A DNA stretch of 64,000 bases from an uncultured Nitrospiraceae bacterium (lineage in GTDB: Bacteria > Nitrospirota > Nitrospiria > Nitrospirales > Nitrospiraceae). The notes under the pieces were generated by a model. That model searched no databases. It saw only the letters and a list, made by a program, of their open reading frames with translations, and was not told where the DNA came from. Made by a program: the position numbers and the translations under genes. Every line of letters starts with the position of its first letter. The stretch's first letter is position 1. Shown one piece after another: positions 1 to 10,009 of this stretch. The DNA lies in contig CAVPLT010000001.1 in assembly GCA_963706325.1 (NCBI GenBank), positions 608,001-672,000 of the forward strand, given 5' to 3'.

Positions 1-2
1 GA

Positions 3-422
3 TATCTGACTTTTGTCGCATGCGGCTCAATCCTGTGCGGGCTGCTTATGGTGGGGTCCCAGGAAACATTCGCGCACCATTCCTATGTGTTGAGCGTACA
101 ACAGTTACGGGCCGGTTTGGTCAAGGCGCCGTCGACGAGTGCCAAAGGCTTCGTACTCGTAGATGTGCGCTCTCCGGAGGAACATGAGTCCGGCATGATT
201 CCCGGCACCGACATGAACATCGACTTTCGTGAGCTGAAGGCGCGGCACCGAGAGCTTGGCGCGAAATTGGATGACCACATTGTTGTGTACTGCCAGTCTG
301 GGCACCGCAGCAACATTGCCGCAGAGGCGCTGGCCGATCTTGGCTATACGCATGTGTACAATGTCGTGGGAAGCATGAATGCTTGGACTGAAGCCGGATT
401 TCCGGTCGCCCCTGCTCGGTAG
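3..422 (+). CDS. Secreted rhodanese-like sulfurtransferase (5' partial)
   Basis: DVRSPEE motif and active-site loop YCQSGHRS. The frame is open to the window start (YLTFVACGSILCGLLMVGSQETFA), which resembles a signal peptide. Confidence 0.85.
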   Translation, partial: YLTFVACGSILCGLLMVGSQETFAHHSYVLSVQQLRAGLVKAPSTSAKGFVLVDVRSPEEHESGMIPGTDMNIDFRELKARHRELGAKLDDHIVVYCQSGHRSNIAAEALADLGYTHVYNVVGSMNAWTEAGFPVAPAR

Positions 423-433
423 GTCAGGAACCC

Positions 434-1360
434 TCATCGGTTGCGGGCTGACGGCGAAGTGGATGAGGACGATATGTTTCGCATTCCGATTCGGGGGCTG
501 ATGCCGATGACGGCAGGAAGGCCGATGTGTACGCCCATGTCGCCTTCCAGGACGCGACGCCACGGGGCTTGGGCTGTGCTGTCCAGTGAGGCATGGAGCA
601 GGTCAGGACTCGCGATGACATCTGAGGAGGAGCCGCCGTCCATGGCCATGGCCTGCTGAATCGCGGGCATGTGCTGATGCAGGCAATCCGCGAGGTCGTG
701 GAGTGAGACAATATCGACTGTCTTCATCACGAGAATGGACCCGGTGTTGTCTTCTGCCAAGACGGTTTGATAGGCACGTTTCCCGCTATTCCGTACACGA
801 AGCTTGCCTGACCGATCGAGCAACATCAGTGACTGCGCTGCCTCCCGATAGCTGGGGGACTCTTCTGCGAATCCCTCAAAAGCGAGATCCAATACCCGGG
901 CTTTCCGGAGCTTATTGTCGGTTGGTTCGGCTGCGAACAACCCTTGCCAAGAATGATGCTTCTTGCCGCCGAGTGAACGTCCCTCTTTGAGGAGCAACCC
1001 CAAGTAGGAATAGTCCTCGCGAAACAGTCCTGCATTGAAGACCACGTAGGCATCGGTGCGTTGCTGCCACCCGTGAATGGAGGGGGGGGTGTGCAGTCGT
1101 TCATCGCGAAAGTGGTAAACCGAGAACCGAAAGCGTTCCGGGTCAACTTGAAGAATGAGCATGGCCGGGACCTGCGGACATCTATTCGCTGGATTCCACA
1201 ACGCTACCTGCATCCCAGGAGTCAGCCGCTCCCATGATATCTCGCTCACAGCCGCCGAACTTATCTGAGGGTATCCGCCGATATAAAGGGTGGTCAGGCA
1301 AGCGCAGAGGCCAATGAGGCGCTGCGCGAGCCGTGATGATAGTGAACGGTTGGCGAGCAT
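434..1360 (-). CDS. Phosphodiester glycosidase (NAGPA/DUF2233-like) family protein
   Basis: FNAGLF and AMAMDGGSS motifs with a hydrophobic N-terminus. Start moved to ATG 1360 to avoid overlap with the upstream kinase. Confidence 0.7.
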   Translation of the reverse strand: MLANRSLSSRLAQRLIGLCACLTTLYIGGYPQISSAAVSEISWERLTPGMQVALWNPANRCPQVPAMLILQVDPERFRFSVYHFRDERLHTPPSIHGWQQRTDAYVVFNAGLFREDYSYLGLLLKEGRSLGGKKHHSWQGLFAAEPTDNKLRKARVLDLAFEGFAEESPSYREAAQSLMLLDRSGKLRVRNSGKRAYQTVLAEDNTGSILVMKTVDIVSLHDLADCLHQHMPAIQQAMAMDGGSSSDVIASPDLLHASLDSTAQAPWRRVLEGDMGVHIGLPAVIGISPRIGMRNISSSSTSPSARNR

Positions 1361-1487
1361 CAGTAGATGATCCCTTCTCGATCCGACATGGGAGCTGCAC
1401 CAGACACTGTGTGGGCCCTCAGTATAAAAAGGATGCCCTGCGGGGGTCAATTCAGGCGCGAATATACTGTTGGAAAGGCAATGCGCC

Positions 1488-3128
1488 TTACGAGGCTTGC
1501 GCGGATCGTGGAACGGAACCGGATGCCGATGACGGGTGCCGAGAAAGTCCGATTCCCGACGACGACGAATCGAGCAATGCGCGCACGGTGCGCAGCAAGA
1601 GGTCCGGCGAGAACGGCTTCTGTAGAAATGTGGTTCGATGCGGATCCATTCCTCTATTGGCAGAGATATCGTCCAGATAGCCGGACATAAAGAGCACCCG
1701 CAAGTTGGGTTTGATGACAGAAAGATGTTGCGCCAGCTCGCGGCCATTCATGCCCGGCATAACCACGTCGGTCAGCAGCAGATCCACATGGCAAGTGTGT
1801 TGAGTAGCCGTGAGACAGGCCTCGACCCCGTTCCTGGCTTCGAGGACCTGATAGCCAATTTTGGCGAGCTCATTGCGGACAAGCTCACGGACGCTGTTAT
1901 CGTCCTCGACGAGGAGAATCGTTTCCGATCCCTGTCGGACCCCTCCTGATAATTCCGCGGTATTCACCGTCATGGTTTGGGAATTGACGCGCGGAAAGTA
2001 CAGATCGAAGGTGGTGCCGTGTCCGACCTGACTCCACACATCGATACCGCCGCCGCAGCTCGTGACGATCCCGAAGACAGTCGACAGCCCAAGACCGGCG
2101 CCCGTATGCTCTTCCTTGGTGGTAAAAAACGGTTCGAACAAGTGCGAGAGGACGTTTGCATTCATTCCGCATCCGGTGTCGGTCACGGTCCATTTGACAT
2201 ACTTTCCCAGCGGCAGGGGTTGTAGGTGGTGCATCGGCGTGCGTGTGAGTTCGGCCTGTGATGTTTCGATCGCCAATAGACCGCCGTTAGGCATGGCATC
2301 ACGGGCGTTGACGACTAGGTTCATGATGACTTGCTCGAGTTGCCCGGCATCTCCCTTTACGTGGCCGTCGTGTGGATCCAAACGAATGACCAATTGAATG
2401 TCTTCGCCGATGAGGCGCCGGAGCATACTATCTATATTTTTAATGACCGTATTCAACGAGAAGACTTTTGGTTCCAAGGTCTGCTTCCGGCTGAAGGCCA
2501 TGAGTTGCCGAGTCAAGGTCGCGGCTCGCTGCCCGGCTTTCTCCATTTCTTCGATTTTGGCGCGGATCGGATTGCTCGAGGGAAGTTCCCCAAGGAGGGC
2601 GTGGCTGTGGCCCATGATGACCGTCAGCAAATTGTTGAAATCATGGGCCAGGCCTCCGGCGAGGCGGCCGACGGCTTCCATTTTTTGAGCCTGCCGAAAC
2701 TGCTTTTCGCTCATGCGGAGGGCATCTTCTGCCCGTCTGCGTTCGAGTCTTTCGTCGAGATCACGCAGTGTTCGCTTGATTGACGGCACCAGGCGCCCGA
2801 GGCGTTGCTTGAATATATAGTCGGTGGCCCCTTGTTGCATCAGATCGATGGCGAAGTCTTCGCCCTGCTGGCTCGAGACGAACAGGAATGGCATGTCAGG
2901 GTGCAGCGTGCGGGTCAGGGCGAGAGCGGCGGATCCGTCAAATCCCGGGACTGAGGTGTCGGCAAGAATAAAGCTGCTTCCGTCTTGTCGGAGCGCGGCG
3001 AGAAACTCCTCGCGAGTTTGCGTGCGCTTCGATTGACAGAGGATGCCGGCATCTCGCAAGGTCGTAGAGATCAGTTCCGCGTCCGCGGTATTACTCTCGA
3101 GATGGATGAATCGCAGAGGCTCAGTCAT
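1488..3128 (-). CDS. Hybrid REC-HisKA-HATPase-REC kinase
   Basis: AHDFNNLL H-box, NLVVNARDAM N-box, DTGCGM G1, GAGLGL G2, and C-terminal receiver (LLVEDD...TDVVMP...KP). Confidence 0.93.
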   Translation of the reverse strand: MTEPLRFIHLESNTADAELISTTLRDAGILCQSKRTQTREEFLAALRQDGSSFILADTSVPGFDGSAALALTRTLHPDMPFLFVSSQQGEDFAIDLMQQGATDYIFKQRLGRLVPSIKRTLRDLDERLERRRAEDALRMSEKQFRQAQKMEAVGRLAGGLAHDFNNLLTVIMGHSHALLGELPSSNPIRAKIEEMEKAGQRAATLTRQLMAFSRKQTLEPKVFSLNTVIKNIDSMLRRLIGEDIQLVIRLDPHDGHVKGDAGQLEQVIMNLVVNARDAMPNGGLLAIETSQAELTRTPMHHLQPLPLGKYVKWTVTDTGCGMNANVLSHLFEPFFTTKEEHTGAGLGLSTVFGIVTSCGGGIDVWSQVGHGTTFDLYFPRVNSQTMTVNTAELSGGVRQGSETILLVEDDNSVRELVRNELAKIGYQVLEARNGVEACLTATQHTCHVDLLLTDVVMPGMNGRELAQHLSVIKPNLRVLFMSGYLDDISANRGMDPHRTTFLQKPFSPDLLLRTVRALLDSSSSGIGLSRHPSSASGSVPRSAQAS

Positions 3129-3163
3129 GAGGTCTATTGGAATGAAAATGCCTGAAGAAGGGG

Positions 3164-3631
3164 CTACGTAGCTCGGCCGCCTGAACGGCTTGCTCCTTCA
3201 GGAGGCGGTTCGTTGATCATTCCCCAGAACACACCGAGCTCTTTGACGGCCTTGAGAAACTGGTGAAATTCCACCGGTTTCACCACATAGGCATTGGCCC
3301 CGAGGGCATAACTTTCAACGAGATCTCGCTCTTCGCGCGAGGATGTCAGCATGACCACCGGGATAGGTTTTAAAGCGGCATCACCCTTGATGGTCCGCAG
3401 CACTTCGAGTCCATCGACCTTCGGCATCTTCAAATCGAGAAGGACGACAGCCGGGTTTCCTTGGAGGCGGGTCTTAAAGTGCCCACGGCAATAGAGATAA
3501 TCAAGCACCTCGGCGCCGTCGTGACAGAGAATGACCTTATCGGCGAGATGATGCTCTTCCATGGCCGCCAGGGCCAGTTCGGCATCCCGCGGATTGTCTT
3601 CCGCCAGAAGAATAGGTTTGGAGGAGGTCAT
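3164..3631 (-). CDS. Single-domain response regulator (Rcp1-like)
   Basis: LLAEDN, LLDLKMP, LTSS and GANAYVVKP motifs. Overlaps the kinase stop by 4 nt. Confidence 0.93.
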   Translation of the reverse strand: MTSSKPILLAEDNPRDAELALAAMEEHHLADKVILCHDGAEVLDYLYCRGHFKTRLQGNPAVVLLDLKMPKVDGLEVLRTIKGDAALKPIPVVMLTSSREERDLVESYALGANAYVVKPVEFHQFLKAVKELGVFWGMINEPPPEGASRSGGRAT

Positions 3632-5127
3632 GCCGTCCGCCTTGTTAAGGGGAGACTGACGAAAAATGTGGCGCCTTCGCCCAGTGTGCCCTCTGCCCAG
3701 GCTTTTCCGCCGTGGCGGTGAATAATGCGACGGACATTGGCGAGGCCAATGCCGGTGCCTTCGAATTCATCCGCTCGATGGAGTCGCTGAAAGACGCCGA
3801 ACAGTTTATTGGCATAACGCATATCAAATCCTACCCCGTTATCGCGTACAAACACCACTGCTTCTTCCTGACTACCCTGTCGACTGCCGATCTCAATGTT
3901 GGCCTGAGGTCGGGTGCCGGTGAACTTGATGGCGTTGCTGACAAGATTGGCAAAGACCTGCCGTAACATTGCTGCGTCTCCAGTGACCTCAGGGAGCTGA
4001 GCGATTGTCCATGAGATCGCCCGATCTTGCAAGTCATGTCGGAGATCATGCAGCACTGAGGCAATCAATTGGTTGAGATTAACCGTTCCATGTAACATTT
4101 CCTGTCGGCCCATGCGGGAAAAGACCAACAGATCGTCGATCAGTTGCCCCATCCGGGTGGCTGATTCCGAAATCGTCTGCAGATAGCGCTTGGCTTTATC
4201 GTCCAATGAAACGGTTGCAGCTTTGGCCAAAAGCGAGGCATAGCCGTCAATATGGCGTAGCGGGGCGCGCAGATCATGTGAGACGGAGTAACTGAAAGCT
4301 TCCAATTCTTTGTTGGCGGCTTCCAGAAGTTCGCCGCGCCGGTGGAGCTCGTCGGCGACTCGCCGCCGTTCCTTCACGTCATGGCGGATTAAGTAGTAGA
4401 CAGCAGCCAGCAAGACGAACAGCAAAAGGGCGCCAATGGTCAGCAGGATAATGCTGGAGCGAGTTGTCGTGGTGGATTCGACAACGCGTTGCGCAAGCGC
4501 TTTTGTTTCATCCTGTTCCATCTGTATTTCCAGATGTCGCGCGGCATCGAGTTCAGCCTTAGCGACCCCGGCCAAAGCCATCGCTCGTACCGATTCGAAT
4601 CCCGTTTCGTTTCGCCGTTCGACGGCCGCACGTTCCTTTTGGAGTTGCTGTGTGATGAGCGTTTCAAGCTCATGTACTCGTTTTCGTTGCGTGCTACCGA
4701 CCTCGGTGAGGTTCTGCAGGTAGCCGATATATTCGGGCGCCCGCGCGCGCAGGGTGTTGTAAGCAGCCAGATATCCGTTGTCGCCGGTCACCAAGAAGCG
4801 TCGATGACCGCTTTCAGCCTCGTCCATGCTTTCACTGGTTGCGGCCAGAAACTGAATGAACTCGTGGCTCCGCTGATCCTGCCGGCCGTTTCGGATGAGG
4901 ATGGTCATGTTGCGGTATGAGATGGCGGAAATCACCAGAATGCCGGCAAATACGAGCCCAAACCCCGCTAGCACGCGGTGTTCAATCGATCGGTTTTGAA
5001 AGGTGTGCACCCATGGAACGAGGAACGGCACTCGCGCCAGGATGCGCCCGCCCTTAGGTGAGAGAGGAAGCGATGATTTCGCGACGGCGTCGGAGGCCGG
5101 CTGACTGTTCGGTTCGTTCATACCCAT
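3628..5127 (-). CDS. CHASE3 sensor histidine kinase
   Basis: Two TM helices flank a DEAESGHRRFLVTG CHASE3-like domain. VSHDLRAPL, NLVSNAIKF, DNGVGF and GTGIGL motifs. Confidence 0.92.
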   Translation of the reverse strand: MGMNEPNSQPASDAVAKSSLPLSPKGGRILARVPFLVPWVHTFQNRSIEHRVLAGFGLVFAGILVISAISYRNMTILIRNGRQDQRSHEFIQFLAATSESMDEAESGHRRFLVTGDNGYLAAYNTLRARAPEYIGYLQNLTEVGSTQRKRVHELETLITQQLQKERAAVERRNETGFESVRAMALAGVAKAELDAARHLEIQMEQDETKALAQRVVESTTTTRSSIILLTIGALLLFVLLAAVYYLIRHDVKERRRVADELHRRGELLEAANKELEAFSYSVSHDLRAPLRHIDGYASLLAKAATVSLDDKAKRYLQTISESATRMGQLIDDLLVFSRMGRQEMLHGTVNLNQLIASVLHDLRHDLQDRAISWTIAQLPEVTGDAAMLRQVFANLVSNAIKFTGTRPQANIEIGSRQGSQEEAVVFVRDNGVGFDMRYANKLFGVFQRLHRADEFEGTGIGLANVRRIIHRHGGKAWAEGTLGEGATFFVSLPLTRRTA

Positions 5128-5269
5128 GAGTGATTCGGGCAGAGTGAATGAGGAGCGTAGGCGTTCCTAAACTGTAGCGTGGCGCGTGGGCGACTGCAAA
5201 CTATTCTAGCAGAGGGTATCGAGATGCGAAGGAATTTGAATGAAACCACGCAGCGAAGCGGAGCCGCTT

Positions 5270-6766
5270 CTATCCTCCGAACGGCATGACGGGAGGAGGG
5301 GCCGAGGCCGAGGGGGCAACAAAATTAGAGAACATGAGCGTGGCAGCCACGGCCCAATCGAGGAACGGTTGCGGGTAAATGCCGATCACGAGCGTCCCGG
5401 CGAGTCCTACATAGATCACCGCTCGCAGGGGACCGGTGGTTTTGATGGGAGATGAATCGAGCGGCTCGCTGATGTACATCTTTTTGACCACGATCAAATA
5501 ATAATACATCGAAATGACGATGTTGATGAGCCCGACGGTGATCAGCGTGTACAAGCCTTCTTTGATGGCCGCGACGAAAATATAGAGCTTCCCGATGAAT
5601 CCGGCGAGCGGAGGCACTCCTGCCAAAGACAGCAGGAACAGCAGCATGGCAAAAGCCAGAAACGGTGAGCGCCGGTTGAGTCCGCTGTAATCCTCGATCT
5701 CGTCGCTACCCACCGCATTGCTAATGGCCATAATCACCGCAAAGGCGCCAAGGTTCGCAAAGAGGTAGGTCAACAGGTAGAACAAAATCGAGTCAGTCCC
5801 CATTTTGGTTCCGGCGGCCAAGCCGATTAGCACATTGCCGACTTGCGCGATACCCGAATAGGCCAAGAGGCGCTTAATGTTCCGCTGGCTGATGGCTACG
5901 ATATTGCCGTACGTCATGGAGAGAATGGACGCCGCGACGATGAGTAATGTCCAAGCTGGTTTAAAGGTCGCCAGCGCAACCAAGAACAAACGCAGCAGAA
6001 GGGCGAAGGCGGCCACTTTGGGGGCGATCGACAAAAAGGCGGTCACGGGGGTTGGGGCACCCTGATAGGTATCGGGAATCCAGGAATGAAACGGAACGGC
6101 GCCGATTTTGAACCCCAAGGCTGCAAAAATGAGGAGGAAACCGATGACGAGTCCGGTAGTCGGAGCCGCCCCGCTCATCTCAGAAAAGACGAGCTTGCCC
6201 GTCTCACCAAAAACCAGGCTGATGCCATAGGCCAGCAGTCCTGCCGCAAAGATGCCCAGAATAAAGAATTTAAGCCCTGCCTCGTTGGAAGCCATATCGT
6301 TCCGCAGGTAGGACACGAGCACATAAAAGCCAAAGGTCGCAAATTCGAGGGTGACAAAGAGAGACAAGAGGTCGTTCGCGGAGGCCATGAACATCATGCC
6401 CAGGGCTGACATGGCGACGAGGAAATAGTATTCGCCACGAAAGAAGGCGAATCGATGCACATAGTCGATCGACAGCAGGATCACCAAGATCGTCGCCAGC
6501 AGAATGAGCACCTTGAAGAAGATGGCCAAACGATCGAGGACGAACATTTTGCCGAACAGGGTGCCGGTCACGCCGGTGACGTCAAACCATGCCAGGCATG
6601 CCAGTGTGATGAGAAGCCCCAGAATAGTGAGGTAGGCCAGCTGCTCTTGCACGATTCGTTTAAAGGAAAAATCCGTGATCAGGATCACGCAGAGCCATGC
6701 AGTGAGAAACAGCTCCGGAAGCAGGAGCAATAGGTCGCTGGCTGAGAGAGTCAGGGAAAACGTCAT
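5270..6766 (-). CDS. nuoN: NADH-quinone oxidoreductase subunit N
   Basis: EAGLKFF, FKIGAVPFHSWIPDTYQGAP and KRLLAYS motifs. Last gene of the nuo cluster. Confidence 0.96.
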   Translation of the reverse strand: MTFSLTLSASDLLLLLPELFLTAWLCVILITDFSFKRIVQEQLAYLTILGLLITLACLAWFDVTGVTGTLFGKMFVLDRLAIFFKVLILLATILVILLSIDYVHRFAFFRGEYYFLVAMSALGMMFMASANDLLSLFVTLEFATFGFYVLVSYLRNDMASNEAGLKFFILGIFAAGLLAYGISLVFGETGKLVFSEMSGAAPTTGLVIGFLLIFAALGFKIGAVPFHSWIPDTYQGAPTPVTAFLSIAPKVAAFALLLRLFLVALATFKPAWTLLIVAASILSMTYGNIVAISQRNIKRLLAYSGIAQVGNVLIGLAAGTKMGTDSILFYLLTYLFANLGAFAVIMAISNAVGSDEIEDYSGLNRRSPFLAFAMLLFLLSLAGVPPLAGFIGKLYIFVAAIKEGLYTLITVGLINIVISMYYYLIVVKKMYISEPLDSSPIKTTGPLRAVIYVGLAGTLVIGIYPQPFLDWAVAATLMFSNFVAPSASAPPPVMPFGG

Positions 6767-8418
6767 CGCGGGGATACCTTCGCAATGGCCTCACTGGGGA
6801 TGGACAAGAGTCCAATGGATGATATTGCGCGTGGATTGTTCATGGGATGTTCTGCGACGGGGACGACTTTGGTAATACGGGCGATCAGCGGATCAACCCC
6901 TGATCGGACGACCGAGTACAGATGTCCCGGGAAAATTCCGAAGCTGATGCTGACGGTGATCATGATCAGAAGGGGCATGCGATCGATGACGGTCACGGCA
7001 TCGTGCGAGTGGCTGTATTTCTCCGCCATCGATCCATAGAACAGCCCGCGCATCATTTTGAACAGGTAGGCCATCGTCAGCACGATACCTAGGACGGCGA
7101 CGACGACTTGGAACGGATACTTGTTCCAGCTGCCGACAATAATCATGACTTCGGCAATAAAGTTCACGGTGCCGGGCATGCCGATGGAGGCCATGCAGCC
7201 TATGACAAACGCGGCGGAGATGAAGGGCATCCGGTTGGATAAGCCTCCCAGCGAAGGAATGTCGCGGGTATGTGTTTGGTCATACACCCACCCTGCCATC
7301 GCAAACAACATCCCGGTGGCCATGGCGTGAGCGAACATGTAAATGACGGCTCCACTGAGGCTGATGTAATCGAGCGCAGCCATGCCGAGGAATACGTAGC
7401 CCATGTGGCTGGAACTGGAATACCCGATCACATATTTTGTGTCTTTCGCATAATACGCGACCAGCCCCCCATAAATGATGCTGAAGACGCAGAGGACGGC
7501 CGCGATCGGCATGAGTTCACGCGTGGTTTCTGGCAGAATTTCGAATGCCACTCGAATGATCGAGAAGTGTCCTAACTTCATCAACACGCCGGCATGTAGC
7601 ATGCTGGTCGCCGCCGGTGCGGCCGCATGGCCGACCGGAGACCAGGAATGCAAAGGCCAGATCGGAGCGATCGACGCAAATCCGAAGAAGATCAACAACC
7701 AGATAATCGTTGCGAGTGGACCGGAGAAATGAGCCTGTTCTCGCAGAATCAAAATGTCGAAGGTGTTGAGCCCTGAGAATTTGTAGATCAGGAGAATGCC
7801 CATCAACGCTGCGACCGCAAAAGCTGAGAGAAACAGCACAAGCTTCATGGCCGCGTATTCTTTGCTGTTGGCGCCGAAATTAAAGATGAAGCCTACCGAG
7901 TCTCGCTGCTTCAGCCCTGCGGGGTCCGTCATTTCGAGGTACTTCTTGGTGTGGCTACCCCACATCCCAAGGAGGAGATACATGGGGATGACCGACATTT
8001 CGTAAAAGAAATAGAGGAAGAAAAGATCCAGCGACATGAAGACGCCGATCGTGGCGGCAGCCAGAATCAAGATCCAGATATAAAACTCCTTCACCCGATC
8101 TTTGATGTGCCACGACACGAATATGCCGGCGAAGAGCAAAATGGACGAGGCCAATACCAGCGGAGTGCCGATTCCGTCCACGCCCAGATGGAGCGAAATT
8201 CCCAGCTGACGCGACCATTCGATTCGCTGGAGAAACTGAAAGCCGCCTTTCAGCGGATCGTACGCGTAAAAGAGATACATCGATGCTGTGAGAGATACAA
8301 AAGCGGAACCGGCAGCAATGCCTCGCACGAGCGAAAGCTGACGGTTGGACACAAAGATCAAGGCCAACGCTCCGACAAACGGCGCAAACAAAATGATGAG
8401 GAGTGTGTATTCAGCCAT
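6763..8418 (-). CDS. nuoM: NADH-quinone oxidoreductase subunit M (second copy, M2)
   Basis: LGVDGI, FYEMSVIPMY and PLHSWSPVGHAAAP motifs. Carries a 27-aa insertion relative to the adjacent copy. Confidence 0.9.
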   Translation of the reverse strand: MAEYTLLIILFAPFVGALALIFVSNRQLSLVRGIAAGSAFVSLTASMYLFYAYDPLKGGFQFLQRIEWSRQLGISLHLGVDGIGTPLVLASSILLFAGIFVSWHIKDRVKEFYIWILILAAATIGVFMSLDLFFLYFFYEMSVIPMYLLLGMWGSHTKKYLEMTDPAGLKQRDSVGFIFNFGANSKEYAAMKLVLFLSAFAVAALMGILLIYKFSGLNTFDILILREQAHFSGPLATIIWLLIFFGFASIAPIWPLHSWSPVGHAAAPAATSMLHAGVLMKLGHFSIIRVAFEILPETTRELMPIAAVLCVFSIIYGGLVAYYAKDTKYVIGYSSSSHMGYVFLGMAALDYISLSGAVIYMFAHAMATGMLFAMAGWVYDQTHTRDIPSLGGLSNRMPFISAAFVIGCMASIGMPGTVNFIAEVMIIVGSWNKYPFQVVVAVLGIVLTMAYLFKMMRGLFYGSMAEKYSHSHDAVTVIDRMPLLIMITVSISFGIFPGHLYSVVRSGVDPLIARITKVVPVAEHPMNNPRAISSIGLLSIPSEAIAKVSPR

Positions 8419-8425
8419 GGTCTTT

Positions 8426-9985
8426 TTATTTCGGAAGCACGTGGACGATGTTGTCTACGGAAGCCACTTTCGCACGATCCAGCCGGTCGACGAGGGCCTG
8501 AATCGACCCGTTCATCATGCGCAGGAAGGGCGAGGGGTACAGCCCGATCCACAAGATCATAATCGACAGTGACAGCGCAATGGTGATCTCCCGCATTTGC
8601 AAATCTTTGATCGCTGCCGACACGTTCTTCGTCAGGGGCCCGAGCATTGCGCGCTCGTAGTACCAGAGAAAATAGGCTGCTCCGAAGATCACGCCGAGGA
8701 CGGCAACGGCGCCATACCACCATTTGGCTTTGAATGCGCCAAGAAGGATCAGGAATTCTCCGACGAATCCGTTCGTGCCGGGTAATCCGATGGAGGCCAT
8801 GCCGATCAAGAGGAGAAAGGTGGCTAAAAGCGGGACTTGTTTCGCAAACCCTCCGAAGGCGGACAAGTGAGTACTCTGCTGCCTGGTCGATAAGAAGCCC
8901 GCCATGAAAAACAAACCGGCGGTGCTGAATCCCAGGTTGATCATGGTCAATAGGCTGCCCTGCAAGCCTTGAAAATTCAAGGCAAAGAGCCCCACCACGA
9001 CGAAGCCCAAGTGACTGATGCTGCTGAACGCGAGGAGACGCTTGAAGTCTGATTGGACGAGCGCCACGACTGCCCCATAGAGGATTGCCGTGAGGGCCAG
9101 CACCATCACGATGGCGACCACGCCTTCGCTTTTGGAGGCATCTGGAACCAACGGGAAGGTAAAGCGAAGGAATCCATAGGTGCCCAGTTTCATGCCTGCC
9201 AGCATGACGGCCATACCGATGGGGCCTTCAACCAAGGCATCGGGGAGCCAGGTGTGAAACGGGAACACCGGCGCTTTGAAAGCGAATCCCATGAACATGA
9301 GCCAGAAAATCAAGATCTGCTGTGAGAGTGGAATTGGGACAGACAGTAATTGCAGCAGGTCGAACGAATAGACTTCGTCAAGGTGATGGGTTACGGCCCA
9401 CTGGTGATAATTGATATCGAGCAACGCGATACCTACCAGCATAAAGACGCTTCCGAGGAGAGTGTAGAGCACATATTTGAGCGCGGCATAGTGGCGGTCA
9501 GGTCCGCCGCCCCACAGTTTGATCAAGAAATAACTGGGGATGAGCATGAGCTCCCAGAAGACGAAGAATAGAATCAAGTCGATGGAGACAAAGATGCCGA
9601 TCGTCGTCGTTTCAAGGGCCAGGAGTGCCATGAAGTAAAGCCGGACCTGGTTGCGCACCGTATCCCAGGAATAGATCACGACCAGCACGGTCAGGAAGGC
9701 CGTCAGCCCGACAAAGAGCACACTGATGCCATCGACCGCCAGGTGGTACCCGATGCCGAGCGCAGGCATCCAGCGGGCATGTTCGGCGAACTGCATCGCG
9801 GCGGAGTCCGGCACGAAGCGCAATAACACCAGAACCGCCAGTGCCAGCTCTATCAGGGTGATGCCCAAGGCGGTTGTTTTTACGAGATCTTCATCTTCGA
9901 TCAACCAGAGGAGGGCTGCCCCAACCAACGGAAGGAAGATCAGATAGGAGAGAATAGGGAAACCAAAACTAAACTCTTCAAGCAT
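8426..9985 (-). CDS. nuoM: NADH-quinone oxidoreductase subunit M (first copy, M1)
   Basis: LAVDGIS, FWELMLIP, FKAPVFPFHTWLPDA and GLPGTNGFVGEF motifs. Confidence 0.95.
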   Translation of the reverse strand: MLEEFSFGFPILSYLIFLPLVGAALLWLIEDEDLVKTTALGITLIELALAVLVLLRFVPDSAAMQFAEHARWMPALGIGYHLAVDGISVLFVGLTAFLTVLVVIYSWDTVRNQVRLYFMALLALETTTIGIFVSIDLILFFVFWELMLIPSYFLIKLWGGGPDRHYAALKYVLYTLLGSVFMLVGIALLDINYHQWAVTHHLDEVYSFDLLQLLSVPIPLSQQILIFWLMFMGFAFKAPVFPFHTWLPDALVEGPIGMAVMLAGMKLGTYGFLRFTFPLVPDASKSEGVVAIVMVLALTAILYGAVVALVQSDFKRLLAFSSISHLGFVVVGLFALNFQGLQGSLLTMINLGFSTAGLFFMAGFLSTRQQSTHLSAFGGFAKQVPLLATFLLLIGMASIGLPGTNGFVGEFLILLGAFKAKWWYGAVAVLGVIFGAAYFLWYYERAMLGPLTKNVSAAIKDLQMREITIALSLSIMILWIGLYPSPFLRMMNGSIQALVDRLDRAKVASVDNIVHVLPK

Positions 9986-10009
9986 TATGTGTCCACAAAC
10001 TCCGCTGCG

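Noticed and set aside
1361..1747. N-terminal 129 aa of the 437-aa ORF
   Set aside because: It overlaps the 3' end of the hybrid kinase on the same strand. The signal-like sequence begins at 1360.
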